Source: Bacteroidota bacterium (GTDB lineage Bacteria > Bacteroidota > Bacteroidia > Flavobacteriales > Weeksellaceae). Taken from it: DNA of 64,000 nt. Below the pieces are notes generated by a model that searched no databases, was not told where the DNA came from, and was given only the letters and a program-made list of their open reading frames with translations. A program made the position numbers and the translations under genes. Of this stretch, positions 20,044 through 29,892 are shown piece by piece. Position 1 is the first letter of the stretch. The number at the start of each line of letters is the position of its first letter. Location of the stretch: assembly GCA_023394415.1 (NCBI GenBank), contig JAEXAR010000034.1:24298-88297 (forward strand), read 5' to 3'.

Positions 20044-21072
20044 CTATTTTTCTTCTTCAAAATATAATCTGTAATATTTTCCTTTCTCATCCTGACCGGT
20101 TTCTATCATTTTGCGGTCTCCATGAACGTAGATGTGGAAATTTTTATCAAGTTTAATCACACTTTTGAAATGGCGTTGGTTTTTCTTAACAGCAGAAGTG
20201 TTAATGGGAAATTCTTCTGAAATAGAAACCTGCATTTCCTGTTCGTAATCGGTTTTGTAGTTTACAAAACTTTCGATCACGTTTTTGTCTGCTAAAACTT
20301 CGTTGGTAAATTCTTCAAAATCAAACTGTTCTTTTTCTTTGAAAAAATTGAGAGATTTATTGAGAAAATCAGCTTGGTCGGCTTTGGAAACTTCAAACTC
20401 TTGAGGAAGTTGCTTGATGACATAATCCTTGTACACCTGCAACGTTTCCTGCGTGTGAAAATAATCGTCGTCGCGTTGTTTTACTTTTAAGAAATCTTCA
20501 AACCAATAGTATTCATCGCCATTTTTGTTATTATCAATGACGGAAACTGCATAACCTGTTTCTTTTCCGTTGTTGTAAATCAAAGCACCTTTATCCAATT
20601 TTGAAAGTCCGATTCCAAAATCTTTTTCCAGTTCATAATTATCATTTTTGGGATGAATTTTAAGGAAGGGTTCTTTCTTCTCAGTTTTGAAAATCCCGAT
20701 AAAATCTATTTTTTCGCCTTTGTTATCTGAATTTTCAAGTGGTTCTCCTTCAAAATAACAAACGAATAATTCGCCGCCCTGAACTCTTGGATTTTCAGCA
20801 ATTTCGTAAAGATGTTTTGCAATGGTTTCGCTTTCCCACTGAAATTTATTTTGGTCTTCAAAAATTTCGGAAACCGCACCATAAACGACATTATTCGCCA
20901 AATACGAATCGCTATAAAACTGAAATTGTTCTTCGGATTTGAAACTTTTTAGAAAAAAATCGGTCAATAATTCTTTCATATCCTCTTCCAATTGCAATTC
21001 TTCCGAAGAAAGAAATATGTTTTCCTGATTGATTTTGTTTCCGACTTTGTGAACGATTATTTTAGTGAGCAT
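20044..21072 (-). CDS. Nucleoid-associated protein (NdpA/YejK, NA37 family)-like
   Basis: The start is placed at internal MLTKIIVHKVGNK and the ORF continues 24 codons upstream. Acidic protein of about 340 aa. The family assignment is tentative. Confidence 0.4.
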   Translation of the reverse strand: MLTKIIVHKVGNKINQENIFLSSEELQLEEDMKELLTDFFLKSFKSEEQFQFYSDSYLANNVVYGAVSEIFEDQNKFQWESETIAKHLYEIAENPRVQGGELFVCYFEGEPLENSDNKGEKIDFIGIFKTEKKEPFLKIHPKNDNYELEKDFGIGLSKLDKGALIYNNGKETGYAVSVIDNNKNGDEYYWFEDFLKVKQRDDDYFHTQETLQVYKDYVIKQLPQEFEVSKADQADFLNKSLNFFKEKEQFDFEEFTNEVLADKNVIESFVNYKTDYEQEMQVSISEEFPINTSAVKKNQRHFKSVIKLDKNFHIYVHGDRKMIETGQDEKGKYYRLYFEEEK

Positions 21073-21194
21073 TTTTGAAATTTTTGGAAGTGCAAAGATA
21101 ATTTTAAAGGCGGAGGTCGCAAAGTTTTTGTAAAAATGATACAAATTTTTTGGCAGGAAATTTTACTATATTTGTTTAATAATATTTTTATTAA

Positions 21195-21359
21195 ATGAAT
21201 TTGGCAGCCGAAAAAAGTGAAATCATTAAATGGATTAACTCCTTGGAAAATCCCGTTACCATTGCCGAAATCAACAAAATTCGTAAAAGAGAAAAGTTTG
21301 ATTTAGTGAAGGAATGGAAAGAAGGAATTACCGTTGTAGAAGCGAAAAAAAACCTCTGA
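21195..21359 (+). CDS. Hypothetical small protein (54 aa) ending at a TGA that is in frame with the next ORF
   Basis: MNLAAEKSEIIKWINSLENPVTIAEINKIRKREKFDLVKEWKEGITVVEAKKNL*. Confidence 0.3.
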   Translation: MNLAAEKSEIIKWINSLENPVTIAEINKIRKREKFDLVKEWKEGITVVEAKKNL

Positions 21360-21377
21360 TTTCATAAAATCTTTACC

Positions 21378-21656
21378 TTGGAAGAAATAAAAGTTATTCT
21401 TCGCAAAAATGTAACTGACTTTCTTGAAGAACTCGTTTTCATATTATTTGAAAAAGAATATTTTGGGTTTGAAGATAATGAACAAGACTATGTTCAAAAA
21501 AATTATGACTTTATTGAGTTTAATTTACCCAATTTCCATCCCAAAAACACTCCCGAAAATCTAATTGACCTCGTACAAAGCCAACCAAAACACCACTTGG
21601 TTTATTTTCTTCGAAAATTCCGGCAACCGATTTTTGGTCACTTAGATTACGAATAA
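21378..21656 (+). CDS. Hypothetical protein with no ATG start (TTG at 21378), in frame with the upstream ORF
   Basis: The 92-aa ORF has no internal Met. Only the TGA at 21357-21359 separates it from 21195-21359. Confidence 0.3.
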   Translation: MEEIKVILRKNVTDFLEELVFILFEKEYFGFEDNEQDYVQKNYDFIEFNLPNFHPKNTPENLIDLVQSQPKHHLVYFLRKFRQPIFGHLDYE

Positions 21657-21691
21657 ACATGCCGAGGTAGCGAAGTTTCTTTGATTTAAAA

Positions 21692-21722
21692 TAAAAAAAT
21701 CCCCGAGCAAAAACTCGGGGAC
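21692..21722 (-). terminator. Rho-independent terminator of dnaK
   Basis: TCCCCGAG-caaaaa-CTCGGGGA followed by T7 on the minus strand. Confidence 0.7.
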
Positions 21723-21776
21723 TTTCAATTATCTGATAAACGTATTCAACGTTCTGTCATTTAATATCTATGAAAA

Positions 21777-23672
21777 TTATTTCACTTCTTCGAAGTCTGC
21801 ATCCTGCACGTCATCTGCTCCTGCACCAGCTCCTGGGTTTCCTTGGGCTTGTTCAGCTCCAGGTTGCCCTTGCCCTTGTGCATAAAGTTCTTCAGATGCT
21901 GCCATCCAAGCTGCGTCTAAGGCTTCGGTTTTGGTTTTTACAGATTCTAAATCTTTAGCTTCGAAAGCAGTTTTCAATTCTGCAACCGCAGTTTCGATTG
22001 CTGACTTTTTGTCTGCTGAAAGTTTGTCGCCAAATTCTTTCAATTGCTTTTCAGTTTGGAAAATCAAACCGTCGGCTTTGTTGAAAACTTCAACTTCTTC
22101 TTTTTTCTTCGCATCGGCTGCAGCGTTTTCTTCTGCTTCACGCTTCATTCTTTCAATTTCGTCTTCAGAAAGTCCTGAACTTGCCTGAATTTTAATAGAC
22201 TGCTCTTTTCCGGTTCCTTTATCTTTTGCAGAAACGCTCAAAATACCGTTGGCATCAATATCAAAAGTTACCTCAATTTGCGGAACTCCTCTTGGTGCAG
22301 GCGGAATATCTGTAAGGTCGAAACGTCCGATTTCTTTATTATCGTTAAACATCGGTCTTTCACCCTGTCCTACTCTGATGCTTACTGCAGGCTGATTGTC
22401 GCTTGCTGTAGAGAAAACTTCAGATTTTTTAGTTGGGATGGTCGTATTGGCTTCAATTAATTTTGTGAATACAGAACCCATTGTTTCAATACCTAATGAA
22501 AGTGGTGTTACGTCTAATAAAAGTACATCTTTCACATCACCGGTTAAAACACCACCTTGTATTGCAGCACCTACAGCTACAACCTCATCCGGATTTACCC
22601 CTTTTGATGGTTTTTTACCGAAGAATTTTTCTACCTCTTCCTGAATGACTGGGATTCTGGTAGAACCACCTACTAAAATCACTTCATCAATATCAGAAGT
22701 TGATAAACCTGCATCAGAAAGTGCTTTTTTACAAGGCTCCATTGATCTTCTTACCAAATCTTCAGACAGCTGCTCAAATTTTGCTCTGGTCAAAGTTTTC
22801 ACCAAGTGTTTTGGTCCTGAAGCTGTAGCTGTAATATATGGCAAGTTAATTTCCGTTTGTGTAGAAGCCGATAATTCGATTTTTGCCTTTTCAGCAGCTT
22901 CTTTCAATCTTTGTAGTGCGATAGCATCCGCTTTTAAATCTACTCCTTCTTCGTTTTGGAATTCTGAAGCTAACCAATTAATAATAACATCATCAAAATC
23001 ATCACCACCTAAATGCGTGTCACCATTTGTAGACAAAACTTCGAAAACACCGTCGCCCAAATCAAGGATTGAGATGTCAAAAGTTCCACCACCTAAATCG
23101 TACACCGCGATTTTTTGGTCTTTATGTCCTTTATCCAAACCATAAGCCAATGCTGCTGCCGTTGGTTCGTTGATAATTCTTTCAACTTTCAAACCTGCGA
23201 TTTCTCCGGCTTCTTTGGTTGCTTGTCTTTGGCTGTCGTTGAAGTAAGCTGGAACTGTAATTACCGCTCTTGTTACTTCCTGACCAAGATAATCTTCTGC
23301 CGTTTTTTTCATTTTTTGCAAAATCATTGCAGAAATTTCTTGCGGCGTGTATTCTCTGTCATCAATTTTCACTTTCACCGTGTCATTCGGTCCAGAAACC
23401 ACTTTGTAAGCCACTCTTCCGATTTCGGAAGCATCATCCTTAAAGTGTGTCCCAATAAATCTTTTAATTGAGTAAACAGTGTTGTGAGGATTGGTAACAG
23501 CCTGTCTTTTTGCAGGATCACCTACCAGTCTTTCACCATCTTTAGTAAATGCTACTACCGAAGGCGTTGTTCTTTTACCTTCAGAATTCGGGATTACAAC
23601 CGGATCTTTCCCTTCCATTACTGCAACGCAAGAGTTGGTAGTCCCTAAGTCAATTCCAATTATTTTGCTCAT
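21777..23672 (-). CDS. dnaK: molecular chaperone DnaK (Hsp70)
   Basis: [26 protein letters not shown], and 631 aa overall. Confidence 0.97.
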   Translation of the reverse strand: MSKIIGIDLGTTNSCVAVMEGKDPVVIPNSEGKRTTPSVVAFTKDGERLVGDPAKRQAVTNPHNTVYSIKRFIGTHFKDDASEIGRVAYKVVSGPNDTVKVKIDDREYTPQEISAMILQKMKKTAEDYLGQEVTRAVITVPAYFNDSQRQATKEAGEIAGLKVERIINEPTAAALAYGLDKGHKDQKIAVYDLGGGTFDISILDLGDGVFEVLSTNGDTHLGGDDFDDVIINWLASEFQNEEGVDLKADAIALQRLKEAAEKAKIELSASTQTEINLPYITATASGPKHLVKTLTRAKFEQLSEDLVRRSMEPCKKALSDAGLSTSDIDEVILVGGSTRIPVIQEEVEKFFGKKPSKGVNPDEVVAVGAAIQGGVLTGDVKDVLLLDVTPLSLGIETMGSVFTKLIEANTTIPTKKSEVFSTASDNQPAVSIRVGQGERPMFNDNKEIGRFDLTDIPPAPRGVPQIEVTFDIDANGILSVSAKDKGTGKEQSIKIQASSGLSEDEIERMKREAEENAAADAKKKEEVEVFNKADGLIFQTEKQLKEFGDKLSADKKSAIETAVAELKTAFEAKDLESVKTKTEALDAAWMAASEELYAQGQGQPGAEQAQGNPGAGAGADDVQDADFEEVK

Positions 23673-23904
23673 AATTATGTATATTTTTAGTTATTTAAAA
23701 GTTATTTCTCACCCCCTGAAGTTCTCGATGGGTTGCTTTTCTCTTCTCCAATTTTATACCAAGAGAATTTTTGTGACAAAATGACATTTTTTAAAAAATT
23801 ATTATCACCTCACACCAAAAAAAATCTCTTTTTCCGGCAAAAACTGAATCATCCTCAAACTCTTTCACTCTCTCACAACTCTTATATCCTTACTCACAAT
23901 TTTA

Positions 23905-24010
23905 GTAGCCGGGAACCTGCTCTCTGCTCATACTCCTCGCTCTGCCGCTCCACTGCGTTCCGCAGCTTCGCTGTGGGGTAACCGCTACGATCAGGGCTAG
24001 GATCAGGATA
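23905..24010. other. GC-rich island of about 105 nt in the AT-rich dnaK upstream intergenic region; candidate small RNA or relic
   Basis: gccgggaacctgctctctgctcatactcctcgctctgccgctccactgcgttccgcagcttcgctgtggggtaaccgctacgatcagggctaggatcagg contains short hairpins such as CTGCG-ttc-CGCAG. Confidence 0.25.
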
Positions 24011-24033
24011 ATGGAAAAACTATCACAAAAAAA

Positions 24034-24066
24034 AAAGACGTTTCGGAATTCGAAACGTCTTTTATA
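24034..24066 (-). terminator. Rho-independent terminator (perfect palindrome) for the cytochrome c gene at 24086-24478
   Basis: AAAAGACGTTTCGgaattCGAAACGTCTTTT. Confidence 0.7.
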
Positions 24067-24085
24067 TTTAATAAAGTTTTTAATT

Positions 24086-24478
24086 CTACTTCTTCAAAGT
24101 CAAAATATATTCAACCATTTTTTTAGCATTCTCTTTGCTCAATCCTGCGTGTGGCGTCATCGGAACTTGTCCCCAATTACCAACACCACCATTAATGATT
24201 TTATCTGCAAGCATATCAATATCCGCATCAGTATATTTAGCTGCTACTTCTTGGTAAGATGGACCTACTAATTTTGCATCTTCTTTATGGAAAGTTAAAC
24301 AATCCATCCCTGCAATTAGTGTTTTACCTTCATGTTCTCCTGCAGCTGCAGCAGCACCTGATGTTGATGCAGTAGGTTCTTCCAGCATTACGTTAGTTTC
24401 AGCATTGGGATTTACATCTTTTTTTGAACAAGAGGTGAATGTGATTCCTAATAAAATTGCAAAAGCTATTTTTTTCAT
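24086..24478 (-). CDS. Cytochrome c551/c552-like lipoprotein with a variant heme motif CLTFH
   Basis: Lipobox FTSC. ...GMDCLTFHKEDAKLVGPSYQEVAAKY...GNWGQVPMTPHAG...EYILTLKK aligns with class I cytochrome c551, but the CXXCH site reads C-L-T-F-H (TTC Phe where TGC Cys is expected). Confidence 0.65.
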   Translation of the reverse strand: MKKIAFAILLGITFTSCSKKDVNPNAETNVMLEEPTASTSGAAAAAGEHEGKTLIAGMDCLTFHKEDAKLVGPSYQEVAAKYTDADIDMLADKIINGGVGNWGQVPMTPHAGLSKENAKKMVEYILTLKK

Positions 24479-24565
24479 AGTATAATGTTTGTAAAGATTG
24501 TATAGATGCAAAGATAAATAATTTTATTGGTTACAAAAATACCTAATAAATGTCATATACCTTTT

Positions 24566-24579
24566 ATGATTGCAATCAT
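24566..24579. promoter_or_regulatory. Crp/Fnr-type palindrome aTGATtgcaATCAt in the divergent cyt c / nos promoter region
   Basis: The perfect 14-bp palindrome ATGATTGCAATCAT lies 54 bp upstream of the nos-cluster cyt c start codon. Confidence 0.55.
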
Positions 24580-24632
24580 AAACTTTGAATTAGAAACTAA
24601 ATTACATTTGTTACATATTAAATTCAATCATT

Positions 24633-25139
24633 ATGAAAAGCTTAAAAATTCTTGCATTTTCTGCCCTTACTTTCGCAATGGTATCTTGCGGAGGAGACAA
24701 AAAAGAAAGTTCTATCCCTACTGCTGACAGCTCAGCACCTGCTGCAACCACAGAAACACCTGCCGCAACTTCCGGAGCGTCTAACGAGTATGATCCTAAA
24801 AGAGGTTTAGGTAAGTATGACGCATCCAACGTAGATGTAACCAAATTTGATCCGGCTATGGCAGCAGAAGGTAAAAAAGTTGCCGATGTAAAATGTATGT
24901 CCTGCCACAAGACTACAGATGAAAGACTTGTTGGCCCGGGATGGAAAGGGGTTACAGAAAGACAAACAGCACACTGGATTATGAACTTCATCTCTAACCC
25001 AGATCCAATGATTGACGTTGACCCAGAACTCCAGAAGCAGCTTGAACTTTGTTTGGTAAGAATGCCAAACCAGGGGCTTACAGACACTGAAGCCAGAAAC
25101 GTTCTAGAGTATATGAGAGAAATCGACGGTGCTAAATAA
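24633..25139 (+). CDS. Mono-heme c-type cytochrome lipoprotein, first gene of the nos cluster (NosC-like electron donor)
   Basis: Lipobox VSC and a canonical CMSCH motif. It sits immediately upstream of nosZ. Confidence 0.7.
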   Translation: MKSLKILAFSALTFAMVSCGGDKKESSIPTADSSAPAATTETPAATSGASNEYDPKRGLGKYDASNVDVTKFDPAMAAEGKKVADVKCMSCHKTTDERLVGPGWKGVTERQTAHWIMNFISNPDPMIDVDPELQKQLELCLVRMPNQGLTDTEARNVLEYMREIDGAK

Positions 25140-25225
25140 ATTTATACCATTATGAAAGGTATATTTTGCTGAAATCTGCCTTTCATTTTCTTTCCTTAAT
25201 TAACGAAGAAATAATTCAATTAAAT

Positions 25226-27220
25226 ATGAAAACTTACAAACATTTAGGACTTGCTGCGATTGCTGCAATTTCTATGATTGCCTGCAAACCGAAAGGTACG
25301 GAAACTGCCGTAAGCGGTGATGCAGCAGAGAAAGTTTACGTTGCTCCGGGTAAACACGACGAGGTTTATAATTTCGTGAGTGGTGGTTTCAACGGACAGA
25401 TTTCTGTTGTGGGACTTCCTTCGGGCAGAACCTTAAAGATTGTTCCTGTATTTTCTGTAAACCCTGAAAACGGTTATGGATACAGCGAAGAAACAAAACC
25501 AATGCTTGAAACATCCCACGGTTTCGTTCCTTGGGACGACCAACACCACCTTTCATTGTCCCAAACCAACGGTGAAACAGATGGAAGATGGCTTTTTGCA
25601 AACGCTAACAACACACCACGTGTTGCGAAAATCGATCTTAAAACTTTCAGAACTACTGAAATTATCGAAATTCCGAACTCTGCAGGTAACCACTCTTCTC
25701 CTTTCTTGACGGAAAATACGGAATATGTAGTTGCCGGAACACGTTTCGCAGTTCCTGCTGACGGACAAGGCGACGTTCCGATTGAGTCTTTTAAACAAAA
25801 TTTCAAAGGATACCTTTCTTTCATCGGTGTTAATAAAGACAACGGAGAAATGGATATTACCTTCCAGATTGAAGCACCGGGCTTTAACTTTGACCTTTCT
25901 CATGCCGGCAAAGGAAAATCCCACGGCTGGTTCTTCTTCAGCTGCTATAACTCAGAGCAGGCAAACACCCTTCTTGAAGTAAATGCGTCCCAAAATGACA
26001 AAGACTTCATTATGGCGGTAAACTGGAAAAAAGCAGAAGAATATTTGAAAGCTGGAAAAGGGAAAAAAATGGCTGTAGAATATGCTCACAACAAATTTGA
26101 TGAGGCTACACAAACTGCAAAATCAGAAATCAAAAAAGAAGTTACTGTTCTTTCTGCTAAAGAATTAAAAGATATCTGCTACCTTATCCCTTGCCCTAAA
26201 TCTCCACACGGTTGCGACGTTGATCCAACTGGTGAATACATCGTAGGTTCCGGAAAATTGGCGGCTTTAATTCCAGTATTCTCTTTTGATAAAATTCAAA
26301 AAGCGATTGCTGAAAAACAATTTGCAGGAGAATTCGACGGGATTCCGATCATTAAATATGAAGCAGCACTTCACGGTGAAGTGCAAAAACCGGGTTTAGG
26401 CCCGCTTCACACCGAATTTGACGGTAAAGGAAATGCCTATACATCTCACTTTGTATCTTCTGAAGTTGTGAAATGGGACATCAAAACCTTGAAAGTTTTA
26501 GACAGACAACCAACATTCTACTCTGTAGGTCACTTAATGGTAGTAGGTGGAGACAGCAGCAAACCTTACGGAAAATACCTTGTGGCTTACAACAAAATTA
26601 CCAAAGACAGATATTTACCAACCGGTCCGGAATTGACGCAGTCTGCACAATTATTCGACATCAGTGGAGATAAAATGAAACTTTTACTGGATTTCCCAAC
26701 CATTGGTGAACCGCATTATGCACAGGCTGCTCCTGCAGATATCATCAAAAAGGACCAAGTGAAATTCTACAAAATTGGTGAAAACAAACACCCTTACGCT
26801 ACCAAAGGTGAAGCCGAAAGTAAAGTTGTTCGTCAAGGAAATCAGGTTCACGTTTATATGACGTCTATCCGTTCTCACTTTGCTCCGGATAATATTGAAG
26901 GAATCAGAGTTGGTGATGAAGTGTACTTCCACGTTACGAATCTTGAACAGGATTGGGACGTTCCTCACGGATTTGCAATCAAAGGCAATCAAAATGCAGA
27001 ATTGCTGATTATGCCGGGCGAAACTGCTACATTGAAATGGGTTCCTAAAAAACCCGGAATGTACCCTATGTACTGTACCGACTTCTGTTCTGCACTGCAC
27101 CAGGAAATGCAGGGCTACGTAAGGGTATCACCTGCCGGAAGCAACACCCCGCTGATTTACAGTCTTAACAATAAAAAAGACAATGCGCAGGGCCCTGTAA
27201 AACAAGGTGAAACCAAATAA
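25226..27220 (+). CDS. nosZ: Nitrous-oxide reductase NosZ, clade II (Sec/lipoprotein-type signal)
   Basis: Seven-bladed propeller region with a C-terminal CuA cupredoxin motif HGF...YCTDFCSALHQEMQG. The start is placed at MKTYKHLGLAAIAAISMIAC. The ORF track begins 20 codons earlier. Confidence 0.9.
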   Translation: MKTYKHLGLAAIAAISMIACKPKGTETAVSGDAAEKVYVAPGKHDEVYNFVSGGFNGQISVVGLPSGRTLKIVPVFSVNPENGYGYSEETKPMLETSHGFVPWDDQHHLSLSQTNGETDGRWLFANANNTPRVAKIDLKTFRTTEIIEIPNSAGNHSSPFLTENTEYVVAGTRFAVPADGQGDVPIESFKQNFKGYLSFIGVNKDNGEMDITFQIEAPGFNFDLSHAGKGKSHGWFFFSCYNSEQANTLLEVNASQNDKDFIMAVNWKKAEEYLKAGKGKKMAVEYAHNKFDEATQTAKSEIKKEVTVLSAKELKDICYLIPCPKSPHGCDVDPTGEYIVGSGKLAALIPVFSFDKIQKAIAEKQFAGEFDGIPIIKYEAALHGEVQKPGLGPLHTEFDGKGNAYTSHFVSSEVVKWDIKTLKVLDRQPTFYSVGHLMVVGGDSSKPYGKYLVAYNKITKDRYLPTGPELTQSAQLFDISGDKMKLLLDFPTIGEPHYAQAAPADIIKKDQVKFYKIGENKHPYATKGEAESKVVRQGNQVHVYMTSIRSHFAPDNIEGIRVGDEVYFHVTNLEQDWDVPHGFAIKGNQNAELLIMPGETATLKWVPKKPGMYPMYCTDFCSALHQEMQGYVRVSPAGSNTPLIYSLNNKKDNAQGPVKQGETK

Positions 27221-27232
27221 AAAAACAAAATT

Positions 27233-27260
27233 AAAGGGCAGGTTTCCTGCCCTTTTTCTT
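27233..27260 (+). terminator. Rho-independent terminator or attenuator after nosZ
   Basis: AAAGGGCAGG-tttc-CTGCCCTTT followed by a T-run. Confidence 0.7.
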
Positions 27261-27369
27261 TCCTGCTGATTATGGTCATTTTGTGATAAATGTTACAACA
27301 AAAGATAGTTTTATCCTTTAATTTTATACAGAAAATATTCATAATCAACAAAACAAAAAAAATTTTACA

Positions 27370-27957
27370 ATGAACACAAATTCATTAAAAAACATTACCA
27401 GAATTTTGCTTGCCGTTTGCGGAATAGGATTAATTGTGAGCATCTTTGTTCCGCTCTGGGCAATCTATCTGGAAGCGCCACAGTATCCTGAAGGTTTGGG
27501 TATGTTTCTCTGGGCTAATAAAATAACCGGGGATTACGAAATCATCAATGGGCTTAATCATTATATAGGAATGAAAGAAATACATCAGGAAGATTTTTGG
27601 GAATTCAAGGTTCTTCCTTATGCATTGGGATTTTTTGCTGCTTTATGTTTTTTGGTAGCCTTCCTCAATAAGAAAAAATGGTTATATGCACTTGCGATTT
27701 TATTCGTTGTTTTTGGAGTGGCATTTATGGTGGATTTTTGGCTTTGGGAATACGATTACGGACATAATCTCAATCCAAATGCAGCCATCGTTGTTCCGGG
27801 AATGAGTTATCAACCACCATTGATTGGTTTCAAACAATTGTTGAATTTTGGAGCGTATTCTTATCCTGATATCGGAGGTTGGATTATGTTTGGGGTTGCC
27901 ATTATTTTGTTTATATTAGCCATTATAGAATTAAAAGCTTCTAAAAAAACGACATAA
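27370..27957 (+). CDS. nos-cluster integral membrane protein (NosB-like)
   Basis: 195 aa with 5-6 predicted TM helices. It lies between nosZ and nosL, as in clade II clusters. Confidence 0.4.
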   Translation: MNTNSLKNITRILLAVCGIGLIVSIFVPLWAIYLEAPQYPEGLGMFLWANKITGDYEIINGLNHYIGMKEIHQEDFWEFKVLPYALGFFAALCFLVAFLNKKKWLYALAILFVVFGVAFMVDFWLWEYDYGHNLNPNAAIVVPGMSYQPPLIGFKQLLNFGAYSYPDIGGWIMFGVAIILFILAIIELKASKKTT

Positions 27958-28065
27958 AAATTTACTAAAAGATTATTCCCAATCCCGAAAAAAGAAATTT
28001 CTTATGAAGTTTAATCTTTACTTCAGGATTGGGATAGTTTTTAAAACAAACTTAAAATTTCTACT

Positions 28066-28476
28066 ATGAATTTATCTAAAACATTATTGATTACAGGTTC
28101 ATTACTAGCATTAGCCTCGTGCGCAAAGAATGGTCCACAGGAAATTGCTGTCGGAAAAGATCAGTGTGAAAACTGCAAAATGAATATCACCGAACCTAAA
28201 TATGCGACACAACTTTTAACAGAAAAAGGAAAGGTTTTTAAGTTTGATGACATCAAATGTATGCAGGATTATGCTACCTCTAACACTGAGGCGTCCAAAA
28301 ATTCAAAAACTTACGTTGCCGATTTTCCTAGCGGACAGTTTTTCGACAGCAGTACTGCAACCTTCATCTATGGAGGCACTATAAAAAGTCCGATGGGCGG
28401 AAATACACAGGCTTACAAAGACAAAGCCGCAGCGCAAAAAGCCGCAACTGAACTTGGCGCTACATTAACTCAATAA
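28066..28476 (+). CDS. nosL: Copper chaperone lipoprotein NosL
   Basis: Lipobox ASC. DQCENCKMNI...KFDDIKCMQDY is typical of NosL. Confidence 0.75.
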   Translation: MNLSKTLLITGSLLALASCAKNGPQEIAVGKDQCENCKMNITEPKYATQLLTEKGKVFKFDDIKCMQDYATSNTEASKNSKTYVADFPSGQFFDSSTATFIYGGTIKSPMGGNTQAYKDKAAAQKAATELGATLTQ

Positions 28477-28520
28477 ATCAAAAGAACCGCAAGCTCTTTC
28501 AATGTGTTTCAAGAATTTTT

Positions 28521-29768
28521 TTGAAATTAATCTTTTTTAAAATGTACAAATTACTGCTCTTACTTTTACCCATTTTCACATTTTCAAAAACTTTGAAAGT
28601 GGGCAAAAATGAACAGTTTAAAACCATAAATCAAGCCGTCGCCGCAGCAAAGAGTGGCGACAGCATTTTGGTGCAGAAAGGAATATATAAAGAAGGTACC
28701 ATTACAGTAGAAAAATCCCTTGCTATCATTGGATTGCAGCGACCGGTAATTGATGGCGATCAGAAAGCAGAAATTTTTGTAGTGAATGCCAATCACGTAA
28801 GAATTAAAGGATTCAAAATTATTAATTCCGGTAGAGACGAGGTGAAGAGCATTGCTGCAATACGTCTCAATTCGAGTCGTTTCTCTATTGTCGAAAATAA
28901 TATTATCGAGAATAATTACTTTGGGGTTTATGTACAGGGCGGTTACAGATGTTTAATTCAGCATAATAAAATTACTACCAACAGAGGCTCTTCGCAGGAA
29001 AATATTGGTGATGGAATTCATCTTTTGGGAAGCGTCGAAATTTGGGTGAAAAACAACTTCATTAGCGGACATAAAGATGGGATTTACCTTGAAAAAAATA
29101 AAAAGTGTTTTGTATTTAAAAACCTTTCACGTAAAAATCTTCGTTATGGTTTGCACTTTATGTTTTCTAACGAAAGTGTTTATACCGGAAATGTTTTTGA
29201 TAACAATGGCGCTGGAGTTGCCGTAATGTACGCCCTGAATGTGAGTATGTACAGCAACCGTTTTATTAATAATTGGGGAGACAGTGTTTACGGATTGCTT
29301 CTTAAAGAAATTTCGTACAGCAAGATAAAAGGAAATATTTTTGAAAGCAATACTACTGCTATTTATGCCGATGGTGCTACAAAAATCGATTTCTATAATA
29401 ATCACTTTGAAAATAACGGTTGGGCTCTGAAAATTAATGCCAACTGTATGGAAAACCGAGTACTGAAAAACAATTTTATCAACAATACATTTGATGTAAG
29501 TACTAATGGAAGTACAGTGATGAACGATTTTAAACAAAACTATTGGGACAAATATGAAGGTTACGATCTGAACAAAGATAAAATTGGCGATGTTCCTTTT
29601 CATCCATTGAGTATGTATTCTGTTTTGGTTGAACAAAATCCTCCTGTAATATTGCTTTTCCGAACATTTTTTGTGGATTTACTCGATCGAACTGAAAAAG
29701 TGATTCCGAGTTTAACCCCTGAAAGTTTTGTAGACGATGAACCGCTGATGAAGCAGGTGAAGATTTGA
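28521..29768 (+). CDS. nosD: Periplasmic right-handed beta-helix protein NosD
   Basis: Parallel beta-helix repeats (NNIIENNYFGVYV, NNFISGHKDGIYL...). The real start is probably MYKLLLLLLP at 28542. Confidence 0.8.
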   Translation: MKLIFFKMYKLLLLLLPIFTFSKTLKVGKNEQFKTINQAVAAAKSGDSILVQKGIYKEGTITVEKSLAIIGLQRPVIDGDQKAEIFVVNANHVRIKGFKIINSGRDEVKSIAAIRLNSSRFSIVENNIIENNYFGVYVQGGYRCLIQHNKITTNRGSSQENIGDGIHLLGSVEIWVKNNFISGHKDGIYLEKNKKCFVFKNLSRKNLRYGLHFMFSNESVYTGNVFDNNGAGVAVMYALNVSMYSNRFINNWGDSVYGLLLKEISYSKIKGNIFESNTTAIYADGATKIDFYNNHFENNGWALKINANCMENRVLKNNFINNTFDVSTNGSTVMNDFKQNYWDKYEGYDLNKDKIGDVPFHPLSMYSVLVEQNPPVILLFRTFFVDLLDRTEKVIPSLTPESFVDDEPLMKQVKI

Positions 29769-29892
29769 GTTGGGGAATTGGAGAGTGATAGAGTGTGAGA
29801 GTATGTTCAAAACCTGAAGGGTTTAATTTGAATAGCCGTATGTGTAAATTTACGGAAAGTGATAAATAAAAAAATAACTGAAATCTATAGAA

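Noticed and set aside
21357-21359. In-frame TGA as a selenocysteine codon
   Set aside because: There is no selenoprotein context, no obvious SECIS hairpin immediately downstream, and the surrounding protein has no Cys-based redox motif. A pseudogene or separate genes is more likely.
21931-23784. A series of plus-strand ORFs (85-166 aa) antisense to dnaK
   Set aside because: They lie entirely inside the highly conserved dnaK coding region on the opposite strand. They have low-complexity Ser/Phe-rich translations and are ordinary antisense artefacts.
23905-24010. GC-rich island as a tRNA, tmRNA or SRP RNA
   Set aside because: It has no T-loop GTTCRANYC motif, no tRNA-like cloverleaf, no tmRNA or SRP domain IV consensus, and the length does not fit.
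24611-25087. 158-aa minus-strand ORF overlapping the nos cytochrome c gene
   Set aside because: It is antisense to a gene with a clear signal peptide and a CXXCH motif, and it has no features of its own.
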